From contig ADNK01002332.1 of NCBI GenBank assembly GCA_000320545.1, forward strand, positions 1 through 34,403: a stretch of DNA of 34,403 nt, written 5' to 3'. Every line of letters begins with the position of its first letter. The stretch's first letter is position 1. The notes beneath the pieces are model-generated. The model had not been told where the DNA came from. It did no database searches and was given only the letters and a program-made list of their open reading frames with translations. The position numbers were made by a program, and so were the translations under genes. The stretch is from Bigelowiella natans CCMP2755. Lineage: Eukaryota > Protista > Cercozoa. Shown piece by piece: positions 12,101 to 22,400 of this stretch.

Positions 12101-15100
12101 TCAATGGCGAAGGACAGAGCCGCGAATATCAGCAACCGGAGTCTTTCATGTCTTCGACAAAAACCGTGAACCGCCTGGACCCCTTCATCTCCAGAAAGAA
12201 CTTTCTCCTCGCATGCAAGCCAAGGGCGAAACAGGAGCCCTCCACAATATACTTCAATTCGAAGATCGAGAGGAGCAGCGGCGGCAGCATCAGCAGCAGC
12301 ATCATCGGCGGCATGGTCTCTACGGTGAGGTTTCTTCCAGCAGTCGTTGTGAAGAACCTCCTGCCTGATGCTTTCGGTCTGCAGTGGGGCCAGAGGACAG
12401 TGCCATCGAGGCAGCGGGTTGAGGTGCTTCCGGGGGCAGAGGTGTCGTTGTTCAAGATGGATCCATCAGAGCAATGCTCCATACGAATAGATGTGCCCTC
12501 GATTGGAAGGAACCCCTCTAGGGCCATGAATCTTCCCCCTTTGGAACACTTCCTCCGTCGCCAGGAGGGAGGAGAGGGGGCTGAGGGACGATGGGCAGGC
12601 CAAGTCACGCTGCTTGACGACCGAAATCGAAAGTTGAACGTCTGTTTAGAGGTCAAGGCAACTGCGCTTAAGGTACTGATTTGCGTGTCTGCCCCGTACT
12701 GGATCTTCGATACCACGGGGCTCAACCTCGGCATCTCCGAGGACAAGAAAACGCTTTGCCCGCAGCGCAAGCGCCTCATGAGGTACCTCGCCAAGGATGC
12801 AAAGAAGCTGGTTGCAGAGGGAGAGAAGATCGAGCACGCACAGCTCTTCTCCTTCCAAACGCAGTCGAGACAGCAGAATATGTTCGTGTCCGCAAATCCG
12901 GAGCCTCCGTCGGGTGGTGAGGCTGGAAGGAGGAACAGTGGCAGCACTAAGCGACTGCCACGGTGCCCAACTTGCGTGAGCGAGGGCCCTGTCCTCGATA
13001 GAATCGCGAGGAAGCTGAAGAAAAACAGGGCGTATACTTTCCAAAGGGGGGAGCGAATTCTCTACCACTACGGCCGGGGGCTCTCCAAGATTGAGTCCTG
13101 CGTGATATTAACCTCCAAGGCTGTCACAAGCATCTCCAAAAACCGCATCACCAAAAGCATCGCCCTCAAGCACATCCTGCGCGCTTCCTACTCTAGATCC
13201 GGCCTCTTCGCATCAGATGCCATCAACATAGCTCTCAAGAATGGCCAGCGAGATTCGATAGAGATATGGGAGGCGGAGGGGGCGCAGTTCTTCGTGGCCA
13301 TGATTAAACTACATCTCCAGCAAATCGCTACAGGAGAACAACATCACGATCATGCGCTCGGACTGGTGCAAGAAACCCATATCAGCCAATAACGTAGGGA
13401 CGGAGGGCCACGTTTCTCTCCTGGCGCTTCACTCGACGATGAAGTCACGGTATAAGGCGCAGTACGAGGTAGGATATCAGATCACATCAGGAGCAGGAGC
13501 CTGGAGGCAGACAATCATCATCAACTTCGTACCCAGGTACTTCATCATGAACAACACCAAGCATTGGATCGAAGTGATGCAAGAGGGCGTCACAGGGGAG
13601 GAGGCGGTTACAATCAAGCCTGAAGGATCGGTACCCTTCCATTGGCCCTCGCAGTACAACGCCAAAAACATCCGATTCCGGTGCGTCAGCCCCCCCGCCG
13701 ACGGCGCTGGCACCAGTGTCAGCAGGTCTGGGCTGGCAAGCGAGGAGGGTTGGAACTGGTCGAGCCACTTCCCCATATCAAAGCCTGCCGACCATAAGAT
13801 GCGTATCCGCAACACCCGGGACCCTTCCATGGCGAAGATGGCGCGGGTTGAGATCAGGAGCGGCGGCGCGACGCTCTTCGTCGTCGTGTCTTTCATCGCT
13901 CCCAATTCTGACGACGTGCTGCCGTATCGAGTTGAGAACCGCTGCACAAGGGACGCCTTCCACGTCCGGCAGGTTCTGCTCTCCGGAGATAGTAGCAGCA
14001 GCCATGGTTCTTCCAGCAGCAGCACCGGTGAGCTCTCATTCCAGGGATACCAGTTGAGCGGGTGGCTCAATGTTCAGCCGCACACGCACGTGCCCTTTGC
14101 CGCGGACGATGTGACGAAGAAGGCGGTGTACATGGTCGCTGTGGATGAAGCGCACTCTGACTCCGAGGTGGCGGATCGGAAGAAGAAGGGGAACCGAGCC
14201 GTTATCATCGACCTCTCCTCGAAGGACAATGGTGACCACAAAAAACGAAGAGATCGGACGATCCTTATGCAGTCAAGATGGGACAAAAACTTTGAGTACA
14301 TGCTGTACGTCTTTATGGTCTACGACGGGCCAGTGAAGGTGATTGTGATATCCGAAGAGCCTTCCTCGGCAGCAGAATCAGCGATTAACCCGTTCGACCT
14401 ACGGCCCCTGTTAGGCAACGAGCTCAAACAACTCAACCACACTATCACCAGGATCTACGACTCGGTCCGTGAAAACAAAAGGCACCTCGACATGTTAGAG
14501 AGCAACCTTGCAAGGACAATGACGGCAGCGGCGGCGGCGGCCACCCCACAGCAGCAGCAACAGCAGCCGCGACAATCCCTGGTAGCGCGACGGACAAGAA
14601 GTAGGCCCAATGGAATCCCATTGTCAAAATCGGCATTGCAGGTGAATGTGCTCAGAGTACTCGGGATTAAGGGCCGCTCTCCTCTCTACTGCCTCATCGA
14701 GTTCGGTGATAAGGTGCTAAAGCTTCCTCTCAACTCGGCCCGGGCCGTAAATGTTGTCGCGTTCGATCTAGCGCACGCGCGCGGAGGTACCGAGCTACGC
14801 ATCTCTCTGATGCAGCCGAAGCCGCTCTGGACAGACGAATGCCTCGGTATGGTGGAGGTCCGCCTCGACGACTTTGCAAGCCACCTTCCCGTCACTCGAA
14901 GGTTCCCACTCAAACCGTGCAGGAAACAGCAGGTGCCGTCATCGTTGGTGCCGCGATCATCGCCGTTGTCGCCATCTTCATCTTCATCGTGGCCGCGCTG
15001 GAAGACGCCCCCATGTTCGAGATCATCCAAGGTGCCCGTGTCCGGGGAGCTCTACCTCGATATATGGTGGATTCCAGCGCAGAAGGGCACTCTCAGCACC

Positions 15101-17821
15101 CGGATAGACGCAGCAAAGGCGCGGATCGAGCACAGAAAGCGCGTCTTGCGGCTGCTGGAGCCCACGCAGGACATCAGCCGACGGTACGACGCCTGCTATC
15201 GGCAGCATAAGAATAAGCTCATGTCCAAGCACATGTCGGAGAAAGAGGCGCGGCAGGAGGCGCTGCAGCTGGTCAACACGTCGAATGCGCGGTTCACGAT
15301 CCGGCTGCTGGACGTGCAAGGCAAGGCGCTGGCACGATATGGACTGAAGGATAGGCAGTCTAAACTGAAGCTGTCCTGTATCATCACCGTGAATGCAACT
15401 GGGCAATCGGTGTGCAGCACCATCTGCGAAAACGGCCATGTGGCGCTCGGAGAGTGGTTCGACTCCCTCACCTTCGACCTTCCGAGGGGCTTTCTGGCCA
15501 AGGCGGCGGCTGGGGACCAAAGAGGGAGGGCAAAGATCACCATCTTCCTCCAGATCCCGACGACAGCAGCAGAGGCGGAAGAAGGTGGAGCAGATGAGGC
15601 TGGGGGGGGGGGAAGGGTAGGTTATCGCATAAAAATCCTTGGTGAGGCTAGCATCCCATTGGCGGATGTGCAGCCCAATGAGTACGGACGAGTCAAAACG
15701 TCTCTCGCCACGGCCGATGAGTTCTCCAAAGCTTATGCCTACGACGCATACTCCGGAGGAAGGCACCAGCATTCGTGGGGGAAGTCCACAAACTACCACT
15801 GGGTTCGCGTGCAGGCCAACACCAGCGAGGAAGTCTCGCTTCTCGTATTCTGCAAGAGGATGCAGGGGGCATTGCTCCCCGAGCGCAGCGTCGCGTCCGT
15901 TGCCGTCGCGGTCCCCCGTGTTGGGCTCTCAGTTGTAGACCAGAAGCCAAGGGAGCTCTTCTATCTCTCCATCAGCGACACGCTGCTCCGGTACCGGGAC
16001 TGCAAGACGGAGACGACGAATGAGCTAAGCATAGGCCGCATCCAAGTCGACAACCAGATGCTCGGCTACTCCTACCCCTTCATACTCTGCCCCAAGCCCG
16101 TGCCGCTCAAAGACACGAAGGAGATGCTGCAGGTCAGTGTGAACCGCTCCAAAGACAACCCTGGAGCGTCCAGGCTGACCATGCCTATGGGCTCAGAGAA
16201 CTGTTTTGAGGTCGTCTCCCATCGTGTCAAGGGTGGTGCCGGCAACGCAGTGGTGAAGGAATTGCTTAACCCGCAGTACTACGCGGAGAATCACCTTAGT
16301 CAAAACAACTTGGTGCTCCCTGTCGTCGACTTCCTGCTCCAGGAATTCGAGCTGAACCTGGAGGAGAACCTCTACTACGAGTTACTCACCTTCATCGAGG
16401 AGTTCAGCAAGAATATCAAGGAAATGGTGCAGCCCTCCTACACAACCTACGAGGAGATGTACAACCTCCCCCCCACCGACTCGCAAATCGTCACCATCGG
16501 TCTGCTGAAGCTCCAGTCGGTTGTCGTCAAGTTCTCCTTCGAGATGTCCCCGGGGGTGAGGAAGAAGGGGCTCCTCCTCGACCTGCCCTTCGATCCCACC
16601 GCCATTCTGATCAGCATCTTCGGCTCGACGCTCGGATCCATCGAGGACATGAAGCTGGTGTTTGAGAGCATCCTGATGCAGAACGTGCACACCTCCACAG
16701 CCAGCCTCAGCAGCTCCCTCCTGCGCCGCTATAAGACGGACCTGCTCATTCAGTGGTACAAAGTGGTGTTCGGCCTGCAGATCATTGGTAATCCCGTCGG
16801 AGCGCTGGAGAACATGGCCGACGGGGTCAAATCCTTCTTCCTCGAGCCAACGAAGGGGATGGTGGAAGACCCAGGGGTCTTCGGCTTCTCGCGGGGCGTT
16901 GCGAAGGGTTCAAGGGCGTTGCTGGAGTCAACCATTTCAAGCGCCTTTGGAGCGGCCGGAATGGTGACTGGGTCTTTGAGCAAAGGGGCTGCCCTCCTCT
17001 CCATGGACGATGAGTTCATCCAACAAAATAAGCAGTCGCAGAAGGCTAAACCGAAGCACATCGGGGAGGGGCTGTTGTCCGGAGCGAAGAGCGTGGGGAT
17101 GGGAGTGTTCGGTGGGATATCAGGCGTGTTCCTGGACCCCATAAAGGGCGCTAAGAAAGAAGGTTTTGGCGGATTCTTCAAAGGTACTGCAAAGGGCTTG
17201 CTAGGTGTGGTCGCAAAGCCCACGGCAGGAGTTATTAACGCTACGAGCCAGACGCTCAAGTCGGTAGGAAACACAGCGACACTTGTGCTGTCAGAAGGAA
17301 TCGAGGCGACCGAAAAGGTTCGGCCTCCGCGGTATGTTCCCACGCACTCGCGTATCCTACCCTCGTTTGATTTCAACTACAGCCTAGGGGCCTATCTCCT
17401 GCAGAAGAAAAAGATTAAGGACGACCTAGTCGGGTTCATGCTCACTAACCAGAGCGATGATCAGACGACGATGAGGGCCAAGGGCACGTACTCATTCCCG
17501 CGCGTAGTTCCGATGGACAAGAAGTCCCCGCAGAAGAAGAAGCGAGAAATCAAAGATAGGAGGTTTGCGATGCATGCAGTCATGATCACAGACAAAAAAT
17601 TGCTTGTAGAGCACTGCGTCAAAGGCAACACCTGGAAAACAGTTGCAGATATAAAGCTGGATCGGATCAAATCCGATGCTATCATCGCAGGTTCTACCAA
17701 GGATAAACGGTGGGGGGTCCAGATCTCACAGGCGCACAAGCCTCATCCGACCGCGATATGGTGCTCTGGAAAAGAGGAAGCTGAGAGCTTAAAACAGACA
17801 TTGAAATTGCATATAAATTGA
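1625..17821 (+). CDS. VPS13: VPS13-family (chorein) bridge-like lipid transfer protein, ~5,000 aa, 9 exons, with one +1 frame break at ~13306
   Basis: Manual GT-AG splicing gives exons 1625-1660, 1730-1816, 1877-1990, 2054-2151, 2212-2257, 2344-2435, 2561-8132, 8468-8811 and 9204-17821, all phase-compatible. The N-terminus is a Chorein_N signature (MFEGLVVGLLNQYLGEFIENVSSEDLRAKVWSGEVILKKLK...LQLPINVVSGYIGKI...KIVNNLQISLRRVHIRYED). Further VPS13 motifs: DVKAPTLIIP/LVLDFG, SWEPMLEPW, VAB/SHR-BD repeats (VSAPYWIFDTTGLNL, FVPRYFIMNNT, PYRVENR), IGRIQVDNQ, IIGNPVG, and the glycine-rich ATG2_C-like tail (PKHIGEGLLSG...PIKGAKKEGFGGFFKG). Continuity needs a +1 shift between ORFs 9307-13392 and 13352-17821. 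Confidence 0.95.
5547..5790 (+). other. SH3-like beta module inserted in VPS13
   Basis: YYLRKKFNLRMNLRSEATVDAEHKTGVLIEPGAVFKAVERLEDEKTGQVYLKIQ...VGWAF follows the SH3b-like pattern (R..x..G.l..G..F.v.E....G..yLk....GW) and is flanked by low-complexity linkers. Pattern recognition only. Confidence 0.45.
7926..8590 (+). other. Internal PH domain of VPS13, split by intron 8133-8467
   Basis: The spliced sequence reads VIIDGWMQQKG-RMRNVRRFMSL...LHYAVDSGGIKLGAYDLSLVNVTKE|EDTSIVITYRD...YTYELPSNADRDMWFDAL. It has the PH beta1 motif GWM.xKG, RRF..L, and the C-terminal helix Trp (RDMWFDAL). Confidence 0.75.
8160..8409. repeat. (GAA)/(GAT)n and (ATC)n microsatellites in VPS13 intron 7
   Basis: Directly visible at 8171-8190 and 8377-8409. 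Confidence 0.9.
8812..9192. repeat. (GTA)n and (TTG)n microsatellites at the two ends of VPS13 intron 8
   Basis: GTA tract at ~8824-8853 and TTG tract at ~9158-9192. Confidence 0.9.
10696..11061 (+). other. Putative C2-like domain in VPS13
   Basis: SYSVRMSIL...FLKIFYN...TDVATERHHPQW...IIIQCADAD...FPLKDDKGRETGAYLKF resembles C2 strand motifs (T.v....nP.W; .pL...G.l.l). Confidence 0.45.
13036..13330 (+). other. PH/GRAM-like module in the VPS13 VAB region
   Basis: FQRGERILY...CVILTSKAV...SIALKHI...SGLFASDAINI...AQFFVAMI(N) follows a PH-like/GRAM pattern (GE.il, lilT.kr, i.l..I, GLF, terminal helix). Confidence 0.45.
14630..15859 (+). other. Two C2-like domains (~14630-15070 and ~15287-15859) before the VPS13 C-terminal region
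   Basis: First domain: LQVNVLRVLGI...YCLIEFG...LRISLMQ...DECLGMVEVRLDD...RFPL...VSGELYLDIWW. Second domain: FTIRLLDVQG...FDSLTFDL...ILGEASIPLADV...WVRV. Both carry the C2 hallmark (D..LG...i.L). Confidence 0.65.
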
Positions 17822-18240
17822 GCGACCAAGCTGTTGACAGAACTGCTTCATTAGTGGAATATATTCTCCTTCTAATACAATTTATGTGGATCATGACAAT
17901 CCATATCTAGCAACCTAGGCAACTGCGACGAGTTTCGAAACATGGTGCACGTAGCTCTACATATACTCTGCGATGTGTGCATAAGTGCATGTTGTACATA
18001 TAACCTCAACTCATATTGTTATTGCGCGGCACTTAGAAATACTAGAGGGAGAGAGAGAGAAACGCGTGTTCAGCCTCGCAATAAAGCGTGTGCGTTTTCC
18101 AATCAATCTAGCAATATACACGTATTTTGCACCAACTTACATACTCGATCACGTGACACACCGCAACGCTTTGCATCCACATGTGATGTACATGGCAACG
18201 TAGCTATCGCCAACATGATGCACATAATCGCAGAAACTAA

Positions 18241-18645
18241 CAGATACAATCTAAGCGCTGTAGCTACCGCTTTGCATATCTACATTAGGATGACTATTGA
18301 AAAATGTTATGTTTTCATTACCTTTTCATTACCTCAGGCTCATAAGTGTATAGTATTGATGTACATGCAAGTGTTCTTACATATACATATGTACACTGCA
18401 AACGCCGCAAGATGTGAGACGGATGCAATGAAATGATTACATTTTCAGTAGTCATCAATCCTAATATGTACCGCCGCAGCACATGATGACAACAACCATG
18501 ACCTTTCCTTCCACGAACATGGAACACGTGTTAGCTGAGACTACAAATACAATTTAAGCGTTGTAGCCGCAGTATATTGCATAGCTACATTAGGATGATC
18601 ATTGAAAGAATATGACGAACTCAGTCATTTCACCGCCTCACATGT
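18241..18645. repeat. Cluster of an ~80-bp dispersed repeat: direct copies at ~18241-18345 and ~18543-18645, inverted copy at ~18410-18470
   Basis: The direct copies share TTGCATA(T/G)CTACATTAGGATGA...TTGAAA. The reverse complement of 18410-18470 reads TACATATTAGGATTGATGACTACTGAAAATG...CATTGCATCCGTCTCACAT. Confidence 0.75.
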
Positions 18646-19063
18646 ATAGTGCACATACGGGTCCATGATTGCATAGGACTACAATGCGTCAGACATGTGA
18701 TGACTACTGTTGCTGTAAAAGAGCGCCACAGTGAATCCAATAAGCGATTTGCAACTCAATATATATGTATACAGCTATGCACCATATATGAGCATGCATA
18801 CGATGAGACATAACAATAATCAAATGTGTTATCTGTGTGATATACTGACAACGTTCTTGCGAGCAGGTTATCGGCCATTAGTGACACACAGCATCCGCCC
18901 AAACTTATTGCGATGCTAGCGGTCATGTGCGCATTATTCCGTGGCATCCGGAGCCATGCTAACAGCTATGCGGTCTTTCTCGATGCACGGATACACAAGC
19001 TAGTTAGGATAATGATGATAATAATGATAATGATATTGACTAAGACTGCTGGCAAATGTCACT

Positions 19064-21560
19064 TTATTCAGATCTTGATTCGGAAGTTGTGGCCGGGTTG
19101 TACACGGGGAGTTTTTCTTTCTCCTTCTCCTGATAGAAGAAGAGGAAGAAGAAGAAGGAGGAGATAGTCACGATGAGTTGGCCAATCACTTTGTTGACGT
19201 GAAATTCTCCCCTTCGGCGCACAGCATCCGAGGTAGAGGGGCAATCTCTCGGTGCACGGTAGGTTACATCAAAGCATGTACATAAACACGTACACATTTA
19301 ACAGATTTCCCTAAATTCTCACCACTTTAACAGCTGCAAGCATCATATACATACATATGACACGTAACATCTCGTACCTTGGACACAGCGAGACTGACAC
19401 CGAAGAGGGCTGCAAGAGCAAAGCACGTCGAGTAGACTGTGCACGCACCAGCACCCTGCATTACATCTAGTACTGTGGCCGTAAACCCGCTGACCACGAA
19501 ATCCTGATGTTTCGAGAGGAGGAAGGGAAGGAAGGAAGGATAAATGGATGATGGGGCCCTTCATCTCTCTTTGATGACGTCGTTAATGCTGCATTGACTC
19601 CACAATGCTGCTTTGGAAAGAGTGGAAAATCTCGCCACGAAATGTCATTTTCTGTAAAGATATTTCCGTGATGATGCCACGTAGGGACAACTACTACGAT
19701 TTGTGTCCTTCCAACTCGCAAAAAGACAAAAATCGCGGGTGGTTCTGTGGCTTCTGAGGTCTACGATGATTTATTATTCTCTTGGAATCTCGTGTAGCTA
19801 TTTCTTCTTCTTCTTCTTCTTCTAATTCTCAACGCCTATTACCATTTGGATGGACTTCTGGGACAATGCCTTTTTGCCGATTCCAGTGATGTAAAACCTT
19901 AACCAACACAGGATATATGCATAATATTGAACAGTTTATTCATAGTGAATGGGAGCAAACTCCAAAGAAGGCAAGAAGCAACCCATCGCAATGGAAAGGA
20001 AGAATATTTAGGGTAGTAGTAGTAGTAGCAGTAGTAATAGTAGTAGTAGTAGAGTTGTTACCGGAAGACCACGATAAAGGTGATGAGGAAGAGAAGCATG
20101 AATAGATATTGCATGCTTGTCAGTTCCATTTTGTTCGCAGATCTGGATATATCAGAAGACGCAATGAGGCGTTATTACCCCACTTTCCAGCAGAGACGGT
20201 GGTGGTAGGACTCACCCGAAAAGATAAGAAGCCATGCCGAGCGGAGCTTGAAGGAGACCAGAAATCAATACTATTATGGCATGCACAGTCCGCGAGTTCT
20301 GAAGCCAAAAAGGTAGTAGTCAGTGGTCTCTCAAATTATAAATCGGCAGCACCTACTACGACTACGGCGACGATGACGACAGGGGACACTCTCACCCCAA
20401 TCTTCTTGGAGGTCAGCTTCTTGAACGTCTGCCTTCGCAAAGCCTCAAACACTGCGGCCGCAACCATGAACAAAAATCCGAGAGCCGCCTAATGTTCATC
20501 GATCCAAAATTAAGACGCCGCAAAGCAAAACGGGGGGCTGGAATCATGCAGATCAGTTGCAGTACCGAGGGAATCTTAAAAACACCGGAATCTTGGCCTC
20601 GGATCTCGGTAAATGAAGCTGCAATTGCAGTAAATCCGAAAGCTACTATGATCACGACGCTGCCCTTAACCGCCGATGACGACATCCTAGGAGTGCTAAT
20701 TTTCTGGAGAGCATGGGGTGGGGGGGGGGAGAATAGCGGTCATGGTGATGGTGAAAGCAGGGTAGGAGAAAGTCATCTGGATGTGGAAGGTACAGAAACT
20801 ACCATAATAGGATTGGCCAGGGTCTGCGTCATGAAGTTGAAAAGAATGAACCTGCAATTCGGTCGACAGTCATTCATTCATTCCGCTATGCAAGCAACAC
20901 ATGTGACATCATGACAGATATCTACCGATATGCCCCTGAGTATTTCAAGCCAGCAAACATGCACAGCGTTGAGTTCGACAGGAGAACGGCGTCCATTATC
21001 AAACGGTAGAGCTGCAACAACAACAATGAAGAAGAAGAAGAAGAAGAAGAAGAAGAAGAATGAGGGGAAGAAGAAGAAGAAGAAGAAGAGGAAAAGGAGG
21101 AAGATTAAAACAATATTCCGTGGAGAGTACTTGCAATTAATAAAGCGAGGGTATTCGCACGTACATGTTTGCGCAGACGCGCAGCAACACTTTTGATGTC
21201 CTGCAGCACACACAGCATTGCCCCAGCTCCTAGAGTAACCAGTGCCGTTGTGGTTACGATGGGCGCGTTGTACTGACGAAGAATTAAAAATAATATAATC
21301 GGGAATTATCTTAATTGGCTGTGCATACAGAATCAACCTCCATGAAGAATGCAGCCGCAACGAACGTCGCATAGGTCTCTAGCACCCGCCCGACGCCGAA
21401 GACGAGCAGGAAGACATTTGGGATCCTGCGAAGCCAACAAAGGACCGGTGCGTCACTTCTCACACATTACAAAGTGCTACATACTCGTGATCTATGCATC
21501 AGTAGTAGGAAGGGGGGGAGGGGGGGAGCACTTGTGCTTTCTCAGACGAATGTTGCGCAT
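19064..21560 (-). CDS. Multipass membrane protein (~333 aa, 12 exons) resembling the N-terminal DMT/nucleotide-sugar-transporter-like domain of ZnT5/SLC30A5 (Msc2/MTP12-type); no CDF domain
   Basis: Minus-strand exons 21560-21532, 21425-21338, 21272-21165, 21011-20926, 20851-20803 (alt. end 20794), 20703-20566, 20488-20396, 20298-20216, 20142-20062, 19897-19843, 19503-19378 and 19129-19064. All are GT-AG and phase-consistent, totalling 1002 nt without an internal stop. Product: MRNIRLRKHKIPNVFLLVFGVGRVLETYATFVAAAFFME...LCMFAGLKYSGAYRFILF...AVKGSVVIIVAF...GFLFMVAAAVFEALRRQTFKKLTSKKIGNSRTVHAIIVLISGLLQAPLG...FLITFIVVFRFYITGI...LPVYNPATTSESRSE*, with about 10 hydrophobic segments. The family call rests on recalled ZnT5 motifs. 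Exon 1 is the least certain. Confidence 0.8.
21028..21088. repeat. (GAA)n microsatellite, forming the polypyrimidine tract of a minus-strand intron
   Basis: Visible trinucleotide run next to the acceptor at 21012. Confidence 0.9.
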
Positions 21561-22309
21561 CCTCCTCGATGACGATAGGCAACAACTCGCAGGGGGGCCA
21601 GGAGGGGTTCTATGCTATTCAAAATGCTTGCTGTTTTTATCAAACGACAATCTTAAATCGCCAATACTATCGTACAAAATTGTACTTCGCCGGCAGTGCC
21701 AGTAACGCTGATCAAACATCACGAATTTTTCACATTCGACATACATATCTCTATGACGTAGAGTGAAGAATACGCCAACTGTGTAGTCCGTTCCGAAATT
21801 CCACCCGGCTATGAAGTCCAAAAAATACGATTCGAAGTTATTGTGATAAAAAATTGACTGGCAACGTGCCTATGACCGAGCTGGACAAAGACGGCTATCA
21901 CCGAAAATATTGAGTTACCATCATTAGTAGTATATACCAATAAAAATTAACTAATTCATGGAACAGTTGGTACAACATTATCGCATAACACAAGGTTGAT
22001 CGGTCGGATGCTCGTTTTAGCTCCGTAACCCTTCGCCGCCTTCGGCATCCCCCTGCCCTATTTCTCTCCCTAAGTATTGTGTTTTATATTGTGTTGATGT
22101 TTCTTTTGCTTAGGGAGTAGTATCATTCATTGTAAAGAGTTGGGAGGCAGCAGGACATACTTCAGGCGATCGGTATATTTCCGACATCACGTTGAATCTA
22201 GGAACACATAACCATCATCATCACTGGGCGTCAGCCTCATTATCAAGGATTCCAATGCGTCGAATTTGACTATGTTATACCCGAAACCAGCACCCTAACA
22301 CAAGACAAC

Positions 22310-22338
<29 letters not shown>
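22310..22338. repeat. (CA)n microsatellite
   Basis: Visible dinucleotide run. Confidence 0.95.
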
Positions 22339-22341
<3 letters not shown>

Positions 22342-22400
22342 AATCGGTACTCTGGATCAAACAGATTAGAAAGCTCTGGGAGGATTGATGCGTAATTTTC

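Noticed and set aside
13387-13393. Euplotes-style stop-induced +1 frameshift at CAA TAA C
   Set aside because: Shifting here would lose the conserved Trp of SDWCKKPIS, and codon usage places the frame change ~80 nt upstream.
2801-17739. Many antisense and alternative-frame ORFs over VPS13 (e.g. 12129-12947, 15023-15799, 16750-17376)
   Set aside because: Shadow ORFs expected opposite a long GC3-rich CDS, with no recognisable motifs.
18241-18645. CRISPR-like repeat-spacer array
   Set aside because: Copies are few, diverged and in mixed orientation, the context is eukaryotic, and there are no cas genes.
20930-21372. Poly-Lys/poly-Phe ORFs and similar microsatellite ORFs (60-440, 8247-8523, 31298-31782)
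   Set aside because: These are translations of intronic simple repeats.
21970-21994. 25-nt nucleomorph-like mini-intron rescuing a TM-containing frame at 21958-22120
   Set aside because: Much shorter than any supported intron here (about 60 nt or more), and the frame stops at 22120 regardless.
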